A DNA stretch of 64,000 bases from Candidatus Iainarchaeum sp. (GTDB taxonomy: Archaea; Iainarchaeota; Iainarchaeia; Iainarchaeales; UBA10191). Shown here piece by piece: positions 9,888 through 19,913 of the stretch. Position numbers and translations under genes: made by a program. The stretch lies in the NCBI GenBank assembly GCA_030649735.1, contig JAUSFL010000008.1, forward strand, positions 64,001 through 128,000, given 5' to 3'. A model generated the notes under the pieces. The model searched no databases. It was given only the letters and a program-made list of their open reading frames with translations, and was not told the DNA's origin. Positions within the stretch are counted from its first letter, which is position 1; each line of letters opens with the position of its first letter.

Positions 9888-11156
9888 TCATTGCTTTTTC
9901 GTTATGCTGAGGATTATTCCTGCAGCGACTGTAGCTCCCATGTCTCTAACCGCAAATCTTCCAAGCTGCGGGAATTCCTTGAAGGTTTCAACGCAGATTG
10001 GCCTTGTTGGAGTTATTTTCACTATTGCAGCGTCGCCGGTTTTCAAAAACTTTGGGTTTTCTTCCTTGATTTGCCCTGTTTTTGGATCGAGCTTTTTTTG
10101 CAATTCGCTGAAAACACAACTTAATTGTGCAGTGTGCATGTGGAATACTGGAGTGTAGTTAATTGGGATTGCCGTTGGATGGTTCAATACTACAATTTGT
10201 GCTGTGAAGTCTTTTGCGACTGTTGGCACATTGCTTGGATGTCCTACAACGTCTCCTCTGGCTATTTCGTTTTTTGCGACTCCGCGAACATTAAATCCGA
10301 CATTGTCTCCAGGGATTGCCTGTGCCAATTGCTCGTGGTGCGCTTCAACGCTTTTTACTTCTCCAGTCTTGTTGGATGGCATGAAGACTACTGTGTCGCC
10401 TGGCTTTAAGATTCCAGTTTCGACTCTTCCTACAGGCACTGTTCCAACTCCTTTGATGTTGTAAACGTCCTGTATTGGCAGCCTTAAAGGCTTGTCTGTT
10501 GGAGGGCTTGGGGCATTCAAATTGTCCAATGCTTCAACCAGTGTTTCGCCTTTAAACCATGCAAGTTTTTCTGATTTTTTGTTTACATTGTCTCCAATGA
10601 ATGCAGACAATGGAATTAATTTGAATTGCTCTGGCTTGAATCCTACTCCAGTGAGCATTTTTGTCATTTCGTCCTTGACTTCGTTAAAGCGTGCTTCTTG
10701 GTATCCGACTTCGTCCATTTTGTTGATTGCGACAATCAATTGGCTTAGTCCTAATACTTTTGACAAGAACGCGTGCTCTTTTGTTTGTGGCTGCGGACCT
10801 TCTTTGGCTGCTACAACAAGCACTGCTGCATCTGCCTGGCTTGTTCCGGTAATCATGTTTTTGACAAAGTCTTTGTGCCCTGGAGCGTCAATTATTGTGA
10901 AAGTGTTCTTTTTTCCTTCAAACTTTCTGTAAGCTACGTCAATGGTTACTCCGCGTTCTCTTTCTTCCTTTAACTGGTCCATTGCGTATGCAAAGGCAAA
11001 GGTTCCTTTTCCCCTTGATTCTGCTTCTTCCTTCAATTTTCTGTACTCTTGTTCTGATAAAGAGCCAGTATCGTACAGTGTTCTTCCGACCAAGGTAGAC
11101 TTGCCGTGATCGACGTGTCCTATAAAGACCAAGTTAATGTGTGGTTTTACTGCCAT
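9888..11156 (-). CDS. tuf: Translation elongation factor 1-alpha
   Basis: [35 protein letters not shown]. Confidence 0.99.
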   Translation of the reverse strand: MAVKPHINLVFIGHVDHGKSTLVGRTLYDTGSLSEQEYRKLKEEAESRGKGTFAFAYAMDQLKEERERGVTIDVAYRKFEGKKNTFTIIDAPGHKDFVKNMITGTSQADAAVLVVAAKEGPQPQTKEHAFLSKVLGLSQLIVAINKMDEVGYQEARFNEVKDEMTKMLTGVGFKPEQFKLIPLSAFIGDNVNKKSEKLAWFKGETLVEALDNLNAPSPPTDKPLRLPIQDVYNIKGVGTVPVGRVETGILKPGDTVVFMPSNKTGEVKSVEAHHEQLAQAIPGDNVGFNVRGVAKNEIARGDVVGHPSNVPTVAKDFTAQIVVLNHPTAIPINYTPVFHMHTAQLSCVFSELQKKLDPKTGQIKEENPKFLKTGDAAIVKITPTRPICVETFKEFPQLGRFAVRDMGATVAAGIILSITKKQ

Positions 11157-11298
11157 ATATAATTCCTCCAAAAACCCTCCGATTAAAGGCTGGTTATAAA
11201 ATTCGCGAAATTATAGCCTTTTGACGCGTTTTGTTATCATAATTTTTAAGCGAATTGTTTAAATACCTCACCGGTTATGTTTAACTTTTGGTTTTTTT

Positions 11299-13494
11299 TT
11301 ATTCCATCCAAAAGCTTGCTGGCTTTACTTCAGGATCCATTGCTTTTCTTTTCCTGATTTCAGTCACTGTTTGCTTTTGCAGTTCTTTAGGAAGCCTTTC
11401 AAAACCGCAGTATTCTGCAGTCCAAATCGCCCGGCCTTCAGTTGCAGAGCGGATTGTTCCTGAAAACCCAATCAATTCTTTCACTGGGGCTTTTGCAATG
11501 ATTATTGCAACATCGCCTTCGTTCCTGATTTCAGTGATTTGGGTTCTTTTATTCCCTAATTCTTTTGTTGCTGCGCCCATGAAGTTTTCAGGCACATTGA
11601 TTGTAAGAATTTGCTTTGGCTCTAAAAGCGCCGGGTCTGCAAGCATCATTGCCGCAAAAATTGCCCTTCCAACTGCTGGAAGAACTTGTGCTGGGCCCCT
11701 GTGGATTGCGTCCTCGTGCAGTGTTGCGTCTTCCAAGTATACTTTGACTCCCATGCATTTTTCCTTTGCCAATGGGCCTGCGTCCATTGTTTCCTGGAAT
11801 GATTGGATGATTAATTCTTTGACTTCATTCAACGCCTGTATTCCGCGGGTTGAATCAACTAGAATGCTGTTGTTGTGGATGCACCATGTTTTCTTGCTTT
11901 CATCGCGGTTAAAGCCCATGTTGATTAATTTTTCAATAATGTCCTTGTCTTTTAAATCGCGAATTTTCAAGTCCAATTTGCTTTCCATTAATTTTTCAAG
12001 CAGTTCTCCTTGTATTGGCTCTACTGAAAGCTTGAACTTGTTGTGCTTGTTGGGAGACTTGCCTTCAACTGTTGGAGAAGTTCCCGCAATTGTTTCCCTG
12101 TAAACTACAATCGGGTTTCCCACAATTATTTGAATCTTGTGGTCTGTTTCAATCCTGTACCTGGTTACTTCCAAGTGCAGTTCTCCCATTCCTGAAATCA
12201 AGTGCTCTCCGGTTTCCTGGTTCAGGCTTGCTTTCACATTAGGGTCTTCTTTGGAAATTTGATGGATTACTTCAATTAATTTTGGCAAATCCTTTGTGTT
12301 TTTTGGCTCCACGCTGATTGTCATGACTGGCTCAGCATTGCTCATGAAGCTTTCGAATTCCTTGATTTTTTTCGAGCTTACTGTCTCTCCAGAGTAAATG
12401 TCCCTTGCGCCAATAATGCTTGCGATGTTTCCTGCGGGAATTTCATCGACAGTGACTCTTTCAGGCCCCATCATTACGGCAACCTGCTGTATTACGACTT
12501 CTTTCTGGCTTCCAATCAAGTACACTTTAGTCCCTTTCTTTACAGTGCCTGAGTAAAGCCTTCCAGTGGCTACGTCGCCTGCGTGAGGGTCTACTGAAAC
12601 ATCATTGATCATCATTGCGACTACGCCTTTAGGGTCGCATGTAAGCATTGCCTGTCCTTCTTCGCTTTCCACTTCTCCGCCCCAAATTTTTAGAATCCTG
12701 TACTTTTGCGATTCTAGCGGGGAAGGCAAGTGCTTTGCAACCATTCCTAAAATTGCAACGTGCAGTGGGCTTTTTTGCGCCAATTCTTTTTGCTTTCCTT
12801 CCTTGCAGTAATTGTAAACGTCCTTGAATGTGATTCCGTTCTTTTTCATTGAGTCAGTGTTTAGTGCCCAGTTGTTGTAAGCGCTTCCGAAAGTCACGCT
12901 TCCATCCTGAACTTTAACCAGCCATTTGTCCCCGAATCTTTCAGGACTGTTTTTTTGAATTAGCTTGTTCACTTGAGTAATTGTCTTGACAAAGCGTTCT
13001 TGCATTTGCTCTTCAGTAACTTGCAGTTCATTGAACAAGCGATCAACCTTGTTGATGAACAGCACTGGCTTTACGTTTTCTTTCAATGCCTGCCTTACGA
13101 CTGTTTCAGTCTGCGGCATTACGCCTTCAACTGCATCAACAACTAGAATTACTCCGTCAACTGCGCGCATGGCCCTGATTACTTCTCCGCCAAAGTCAAT
13201 GTGTCCCGGAGTGTCAATGACATTGATCAAGTATTCTTTTCCTTCAATGTTTTGCACTAGGCTGATGTTTGCCGCGTTGATTGTGATTCCGCGGGCCTGC
13301 TCGAGCTCGTAATAGTCCATGAAGCATTGCTTTCCGGACAGCTCTTCGCTGATTAGGCCGGCTGCGGCAACCAGATTGTCTGTCATTGTGGTTTTTCCAT
13401 GGTCAATGTGCGCGACAATTCCGATATTCCTGATTGTTTCGCGAGTGTTCATTAACTTTGTTGCCATTTCGACAATCTGCTCTTTCTTTACCAT
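11299..13494 (-). CDS. fusA: Translation elongation factor 2
   Basis: AHIDHGKTT, RGITI, DTPGH, NKVD; diphthamide loop HEDAIHRG intact. Confidence 0.99.
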   Translation of the reverse strand: MVKKEQIVEMATKLMNTRETIRNIGIVAHIDHGKTTMTDNLVAAAGLISEELSGKQCFMDYYELEQARGITINAANISLVQNIEGKEYLINVIDTPGHIDFGGEVIRAMRAVDGVILVVDAVEGVMPQTETVVRQALKENVKPVLFINKVDRLFNELQVTEEQMQERFVKTITQVNKLIQKNSPERFGDKWLVKVQDGSVTFGSAYNNWALNTDSMKKNGITFKDVYNYCKEGKQKELAQKSPLHVAILGMVAKHLPSPLESQKYRILKIWGGEVESEEGQAMLTCDPKGVVAMMINDVSVDPHAGDVATGRLYSGTVKKGTKVYLIGSQKEVVIQQVAVMMGPERVTVDEIPAGNIASIIGARDIYSGETVSSKKIKEFESFMSNAEPVMTISVEPKNTKDLPKLIEVIHQISKEDPNVKASLNQETGEHLISGMGELHLEVTRYRIETDHKIQIIVGNPIVVYRETIAGTSPTVEGKSPNKHNKFKLSVEPIQGELLEKLMESKLDLKIRDLKDKDIIEKLINMGFNRDESKKTWCIHNNSILVDSTRGIQALNEVKELIIQSFQETMDAGPLAKEKCMGVKVYLEDATLHEDAIHRGPAQVLPAVGRAIFAAMMLADPALLEPKQILTINVPENFMGAATKELGNKRTQITEIRNEGDVAIIIAKAPVKELIGFSGTIRSATEGRAIWTAEYCGFERLPKELQKQTVTEIRKRKAMDPEVKPASFWME

Positions 13495-13523
13495 TTGAAA
13501 CCATTCCTTTTAATTAGAATTCA

Positions 13524-14288
13524 TCAGCGTGAAGACTTGGCGATTCTTTCAATCTCGTCTCTTCTTTTAATGCTGAAGCTTTGAGGGTCTTCCTTGCTTG
13601 CAAGGACCAGTTCTTTTGCGAGCGCTTCAGAAGCCGATGTCTTGTTGTTGAAGCTTTGCGCAAATCCCGCGATTGCGATGTTTTTGAGGCTTTCGTCAAT
13701 TCTTTTGATTGGCGCAATGTCCACTGCCTGCGAGTATGAAATTCCCCCGCGAGTCAACCTTGTAGTGTCTTCTCTTGGCGCTGCTCTTTCAATTGCCTTC
13801 ACAAGAATTTGCACTGGGTTTTCTTTTGTCTGGCTTTCGACAATTTCGAATGCTTTTTCAACAATTGCCATTGCCTGCTGTTTTTTTCCACAGCTTCCCC
13901 TTCCGCGAATGTATTTTCCTGAAAGCTTTCTTTTTCCCTGTCCAGAGCGCATTATTTTGTTTATCAGCCTTTCAACAATGCTGATTTTTGACTTTGCCAT
14001 TGCCTTATTTGAGTGCGAGCCGAAAGTGTGCGGGACTTTCTTGCTTTCAATGTCAATGTATTTTGCAAGCGAATAGTCTGTGATTTTGACTGTTCTAGGG
14101 TCCCATTTTCCAAAAATCAAGTGCGCTTTTGTCTTTCCTGCGGGCTCTTCAGCATGGTGTGCAGTATGGGCTGCTGTGGTAGTAGTAGTGTGCGTGGCGT
14201 GTGTTACAGCTGCTGCTGCCGGATGGCCTGCTACTGATGCCTGCACTGCGTGCTTTATACTGTGCGCTGGTGTGGTTGGTTCTGTCAT
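13524..14288 (-). CDS. rps7: 30S ribosomal protein uS7 with His/Ala/Thr-rich N-terminal extension
   Basis: IVERLINK, ENPVQ, APRED, DEIERIAKSSR; lies between uS12 and EF-2. Confidence 0.96.
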   Translation of the reverse strand: MTEPTTPAHSIKHAVQASVAGHPAAAAVTHATHTTTTTAAHTAHHAEEPAGKTKAHLIFGKWDPRTVKITDYSLAKYIDIESKKVPHTFGSHSNKAMAKSKISIVERLINKIMRSGQGKRKLSGKYIRGRGSCGKKQQAMAIVEKAFEIVESQTKENPVQILVKAIERAAPREDTTRLTRGGISYSQAVDIAPIKRIDESLKNIAIAGFAQSFNNKTSASEALAKELVLASKEDPQSFSIKRRDEIERIAKSSR

Positions 14289-14297
14289 AAAAATCAT

Positions 14298-14720
14298 TCA
14301 TCTCTTGACTTTTTCTTTCTTGCCAGTCCTTAGCATTTCCAAGGCTTGGTTGTTAACGTGGGTTACGCGGTATTTTACTCCCCACTGCGATCCGTAAGGT
14401 CCGCCTTGGGCTCCGCCGACTCCTTCAACTATTACTTCATCGTGCTCGTCAATGAACTTGATTGCTCCGTCCCTTGGGGCAAAAGCCGTCAGTTGCTTTC
14501 CGTTCTTGATGAGCTGTACGCGCACGCATTTCATGATGCCGGAGTGGGGCTGCTTTTGGGTGACTCCTCTTTTTTCAGTCACGATTCCGCGTCCTTGCGG
14601 GCTTCCTTCAAGCAGGTTGTACTTTGCACCGAACATTTTTTTCTTGTATTTTCTGTGCTTTCTTTTCCACTTGTTGCGCTTTTTTTCAAGCTGCCTTGCT
14701 GCAAATTCTCCTGACGCCAT
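14298..14720 (-). CDS. rps12: 30S ribosomal protein uS12 (divergent loops)
   Basis: KCVRVQLIKNGK, IDEHDEV, GKKEK; operon position. Confidence 0.97.
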   Translation of the reverse strand: MASGEFAARQLEKKRNKWKRKHRKYKKKMFGAKYNLLEGSPQGRGIVTEKRGVTQKQPHSGIMKCVRVQLIKNGKQLTAFAPRDGAIKFIDEHDEVIVEGVGGAQGGPYGSQWGVKYRVTHVNNQALEMLRTGKKEKVKR

Positions 14721-14733
14721 TTAATTCACCGTT

Positions 14734-15150
14734 TTACTTGATCCTGATTTCATCAATATCATATTCTCTTTTCACAATATCTTTTAATCTCTTCAGTTTT
14801 CCAATGTTGTTCAGCAATTTTCTCCTGTTTTCAGAGTCCATTGAAAGCAAAACAATTTTTTTTCCGCTGTCATTGCTTGAAATTTCAGAGTTTTCTATCT
14901 TAATTTCATTCAATGCCTTTTTAACAAAAGCGTTTGCGTCAGAACTGTACTCCATTAATTCAATGTTTTTTCCCATTCTTTCAGTCAATTCCTTGACTGT
15001 TTTCCCGTTTTTTCCGATTGCTTTCCCCAAATCCTTGCTTTCAATGAGGTAAGTGAGCTTGTTTTTTGAGATTACGCAGTCTTTTGCATTGACTCCGGAA
15101 ACGATTTCCAAGGCCTGCAAGTACCGCATTTCTTCATTTCCAAGCTTCAT
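14734..15150 (-). CDS. nusA: Archaeal NusA (KH domains)
   Basis: GKAIGKNG KH motif; lies between L30e and uS12. Confidence 0.93.
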   Translation of the reverse strand: MKLGNEEMRYLQALEIVSGVNAKDCVISKNKLTYLIESKDLGKAIGKNGKTVKELTERMGKNIELMEYSSDANAFVKKALNEIKIENSEISSNDSGKKIVLLSMDSENRRKLLNNIGKLKRLKDIVKREYDIDEIRIK

Positions 15151-15161
15151 TAAACATTCCT

Positions 15162-15695
15162 TCAATGACTGTCTTTTTGCAGCTCAGAATCTTCTTCGTC
15201 TTCAATTTCGAATTCTTCTTCTTCGGTTTCAGTCGGCATTTCCTTGTCCGGCTCTTTATTTTCTTCAATGGCTTCTTCTTTTGCCGCTGCTTCCTTGTCT
15301 GCCGCTTTTTTTGCTTTCTTTTCCTTTTTCTTTGCGGTCTTTTTTGAGACTTTTTTTTCGGCTTTCTTTGAGCTTGCTGACTCTGTTTCCTTGATTGCGG
15401 TCAAGACCTTGCTTTTGCCAGAGTCTTGCACTGTAAGGAAAGACACTACGAAAGGCTTTCCGCAAACAGCTCCCAGTTCCAGGCCGCTTCCTTCGAAAAC
15501 AAAGCATGGAATTCCCGCAATTGTCGAGTATTCCTGCACGCGGGCCTTTTCTTCTTTTGGCGCATTCCTGCTGAAAACAATGAGTTCTGCATTTTGTGTC
15601 AAAAGAATTTTTTCAGACTGCTTGAAGCCAAAGGCCACTTTGCCTGTGTCTACAGCGCGCCTGATTTCCTTGCTAACTTCGCTCATGTCTGCCAT
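15162..15695 (-). CDS. rpl30e: 50S ribosomal protein L30e with Lys-rich then acidic C-terminal extension
   Basis: AVDTGKV, ELGAVCGKPF, DSGKS. Confidence 0.95.
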   Translation of the reverse strand: MADMSEVSKEIRRAVDTGKVAFGFKQSEKILLTQNAELIVFSRNAPKEEKARVQEYSTIAGIPCFVFEGSGLELGAVCGKPFVVSFLTVQDSGKSKVLTAIKETESASSKKAEKKVSKKTAKKKEKKAKKAADKEAAAKEEAIEENKEPDKEMPTETEEEEFEIEDEEDSELQKDSH

Positions 15696-15816
15696 AAAAA
15701 AAACCACGGTTTAAAGCAAAAAACTAATTCATTGAAAGAATTAGCTGGTTGGTAAAGTATTATTTCTGCAAAACTTTTAAAAAACAAATAAGCCTTTTTC
15801 CCCCAAAACCCCAATT

Positions 15817-17034
<1,218 letters not shown>

Positions 17035-19662
17035 TCATTTCTTTGACTCTCTTGTTTCTTTTGCCAGAATTTTTTCAACATTCAAGCTTTTGCCTTTCAC
17101 TGCCTTCATTGGGAAGACTGAATCTTCGCCGTAAACAAACTGTATCAGGTTCTTGTTCGCTGTCCTTACTGTCTCGTCATTGTCGACCATTAGGTCTTTC
17201 AATGAGTTTGCAAGGCGCCTGTACAGGTATCCTGAGACTTTTGTCGCGACTGAAGTGTCGACTTCTCCCTGCCTTCCACCCATGGAGTGCACGAAGAATT
17301 CCCTGATGTTAAGGCCTTGCACGAAGTTGTTTTGCACAAATCCGCCGGCAATTGCCCCAATGTCTCCTTTCCTGTTGATTGAGTTTAGGCGGCCCTTAAA
17401 TCCTCTTCTAGGCCTTCCTTCCCTGACTGAAACCTGCCCCAAAAACCCGGACATGTTTGTCAAGTTTAATGGGCTTCCTTTTGCCTTGCTCAAAATAATA
17501 ATTGCTGTATTGTAGTGCGGGGTTGTTGTTGTGAGAGTCTGCTCGATTTTTTCCTTCAGGATTAATTTTTCAATCTTGCTTCTCATTTTCGCTCCGACAA
17601 CCATCATTTTTGTTTCAAAGCTTTCTGGAAGAGTTTTTCCTGGAATTGACTCTAAAGTCCCTTTCTTGAATTCTTCAACAAGCTTTCCTGTTTCCTCAAG
17701 CTCTTCGGCAACAAGCTCTTCCCTTAATTTTTCAACGTTTTCTGAAGTTTGGTACTCGTCAATGCCTGCAGTCATTCCTTTTTTTGTGATTATATAAGGG
17801 GCCAGGCGGCACATTCCGCGGTAGAATTTTTCCAAGGCGTCAGGGCCGTAATCCCTGAAGATTGTGTCAACAACTGCGCCTTTTCTTTCGCCTAAGGCCG
17901 CGCTGTCAATGACTCCGGAACTTAATTTTCCGTTCTTTATTTTCACGAAAGCGTCAAAACCGCATGCTTCTTTCTTGCATTCCTTGCACAATCCAGACCT
18001 TTTGACAAGGCCGCACGCGTAGCTTTCGAATTCCAAGTTCAGGTCTTTTGGGAGCATTTGCGAGAAAATGAGCTTTCCTGAATAGTATTTTCCGTCAATG
18101 TCCGGCTCTGGAAGTTCTGAGAATCCCAAGTCGTAGAGAATTTTCATTGTTTCTTCCCTGTCGAATTTAGTGCTTGCCAAAGTCAATGTAAAGCAGCCTG
18201 AAACCATGTCTTCATCCATTACTATTACTGGGCCTCCGTGGCGCGGGCTTATAATCTGCCTTGAGCAAAGCATGAGGTTTTTTGCCTCTGCCTTTCCTTC
18301 TTCAGTCTGCGGGACATGAAGGTTCATTTCATCTCCGTCAAAGTCGGCGTTGTAAGGCTTGCATGCCGTTGGATTCAGCCTGAATGTTTTGTTGGGCATT
18401 ATTCTTGCGTAATGCGCCATCATTGAAATCCTGTGCAGTGAAGGCTGCCTGTTGAACAGTACGACATCCCCGTTCTGCAAGGTCCTTTCGACCTTGAATC
18501 CTGGAGCCAATTCTTCCTCGATTTCTTTCCTGTTTTCTTCATTGACTTTTTTCCTTTGCCCGTTTGGCCTTATTACATAAACAATATTGGTTTCTTCCTT
18601 GAGCATTTTTTTCATTGCTTTTTCATTCCATTCTGTAACGAATTCTGGAACAGTCAGTTCTTTGGCAATCAATTCTGGAACTCCAACTTCATCAATGCTT
18701 AGGTAGGGGTCTGGCGAGATTGTGGAGCGTGCTGCAAAATTGACTCTTTTTCCAGTCAAGTTGTATCTAAAGCGTCCGCGCTTTCCCTTGAGCCTTTGGA
18801 CTAAAGTGCGCAGTGCTCTTCCAGAGCGGTGCTTTGCCGGAGGAACTCCGGCAGTGTTGTTGTCAAAATAAGTGGTAACGTGGTATTGCAGCAAATCCCA
18901 CAAGTCTTCAATGATTAATTGCGGAGCGCCTGCTTCAATGTTGTCTTTCAATCTAATGTTGATTCTGATGATGTCAACCAATTTGTGCGTCAAGTCGTCT
19001 TCGCTTTTAATTCCAGATTCAAGTGTTATGGACGGGCGGATGTTGATTGGAGGCACTTGCAGTGTTGTCAGAACAAACCATTCTGGCCTGACTCTTTCTG
19101 AATTATACCCGAATAATTCCAGGTCTTTGCTTGGGATTTTTTCCATCCAGTCCCTGATTTGGGTTGGGTAAATCCTGTCCTTGTCGAGATAGAAGTTTGT
19201 TGGCTTGTCCAAAAGTACTTGCGGCCTTTCTCCAGAGCAGTGAGGGCATTTTTTTGCCTTTTTTGTTTTTATAAGAATTCTTTTACTAATGTCAATGCTT
19301 TCGTCATTCATCAAAGCCTTTAATTCATTGAGCTTTTCGTCAGAGAGTGCGATTCTTCCGCAGCTTTGGCAAGTCGCGTGCATTAATTCCTCGATTTTTT
19401 TCGAGAATTCTGAATGCGCGACTGGCCTTACAAGGTTCAAGTGTCCAAAGTGGCCTGGGCAGGTTTTCATTTGCTGTCCGCAAGTCTTGCACCTTAATCC
19501 CGGGTTAATGACTCCAAGGTGCGGGTCCATTAGTCCGCCTTCCATTGGGTATCCATCCTTATCGTAAGTCTCCGGAGTTTTTACTTCGAGAGCTGACATT
19601 TTCCTGATCATTTCAGGCCCTAAGACAGAAAACTCAATGTTTGCGATTTTCTTCAGAAGCAT
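17035..19662 (-). CDS. rpoA1: RNA polymerase subunit A'
   Basis: Catalytic NADFDGDEM, NRQPSLH, CPGHFGH zinc site. Confidence 0.99.
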   Translation of the reverse strand: MLLKKIANIEFSVLGPEMIRKMSALEVKTPETYDKDGYPMEGGLMDPHLGVINPGLRCKTCGQQMKTCPGHFGHLNLVRPVAHSEFSKKIEELMHATCQSCGRIALSDEKLNELKALMNDESIDISKRILIKTKKAKKCPHCSGERPQVLLDKPTNFYLDKDRIYPTQIRDWMEKIPSKDLELFGYNSERVRPEWFVLTTLQVPPINIRPSITLESGIKSEDDLTHKLVDIIRINIRLKDNIEAGAPQLIIEDLWDLLQYHVTTYFDNNTAGVPPAKHRSGRALRTLVQRLKGKRGRFRYNLTGKRVNFAARSTISPDPYLSIDEVGVPELIAKELTVPEFVTEWNEKAMKKMLKEETNIVYVIRPNGQRKKVNEENRKEIEEELAPGFKVERTLQNGDVVLFNRQPSLHRISMMAHYARIMPNKTFRLNPTACKPYNADFDGDEMNLHVPQTEEGKAEAKNLMLCSRQIISPRHGGPVIVMDEDMVSGCFTLTLASTKFDREETMKILYDLGFSELPEPDIDGKYYSGKLIFSQMLPKDLNLEFESYACGLVKRSGLCKECKKEACGFDAFVKIKNGKLSSGVIDSAALGERKGAVVDTIFRDYGPDALEKFYRGMCRLAPYIITKKGMTAGIDEYQTSENVEKLREELVAEELEETGKLVEEFKKGTLESIPGKTLPESFETKMMVVGAKMRSKIEKLILKEKIEQTLTTTTPHYNTAIIILSKAKGSPLNLTNMSGFLGQVSVREGRPRRGFKGRLNSINRKGDIGAIAGGFVQNNFVQGLNIREFFVHSMGGRQGEVDTSVATKVSGYLYRRLANSLKDLMVDNDETVRTANKNLIQFVYGEDSVFPMKAVKGKSLNVEKILAKETRESKK

Positions 19663-19910
19663 TATTTAGCACCCTTAACTTTTGCATTTTCTTTTTTTGT
19701 TTTAACTTTGCAACAAACACTTGCAATTACATAAGCGATAATTCCCGCGATTAATGAAATGATTATTACTGCGACAGTATCCCAGTAACTTCCGCAAGGC
19801 ATTCCTTGAGCTACGCATAGTTTCATGGTCAATGGCAAGGTGAGGAAAAATGCTATTATGAAAACAACTATTCCAACAATGACATTTCCTTTTCTCGGTT
19901 TTAAATCCAT
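19662..19910 (-). CDS. Small 2-TM membrane protein inside the RNAP operon
   Basis: Fills the rpoB'-rpoA' gap exactly; stop overlaps the rpoA' ATG; two hydrophobic helices. Confidence 0.7.
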   Translation of the reverse strand: MDLKPRKGNVIVGIVVFIIAFFLTLPLTMKLCVAQGMPCGSYWDTVAVIIISLIAGIIAYVIASVCCKVKTKKENAKVKGAK

Positions 19911-19913
19911 TTT

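Noticed and set aside
11184-11222. Hairpin in the EF-1A upstream region as a riboswitch
   Set aside because: Only a short AT-rich inverted repeat; no known aptamer motif recognised
11690-11725. Loss of the EF-2 diphthamide site
   Set aside because: The HEDAIHRG motif is canonical
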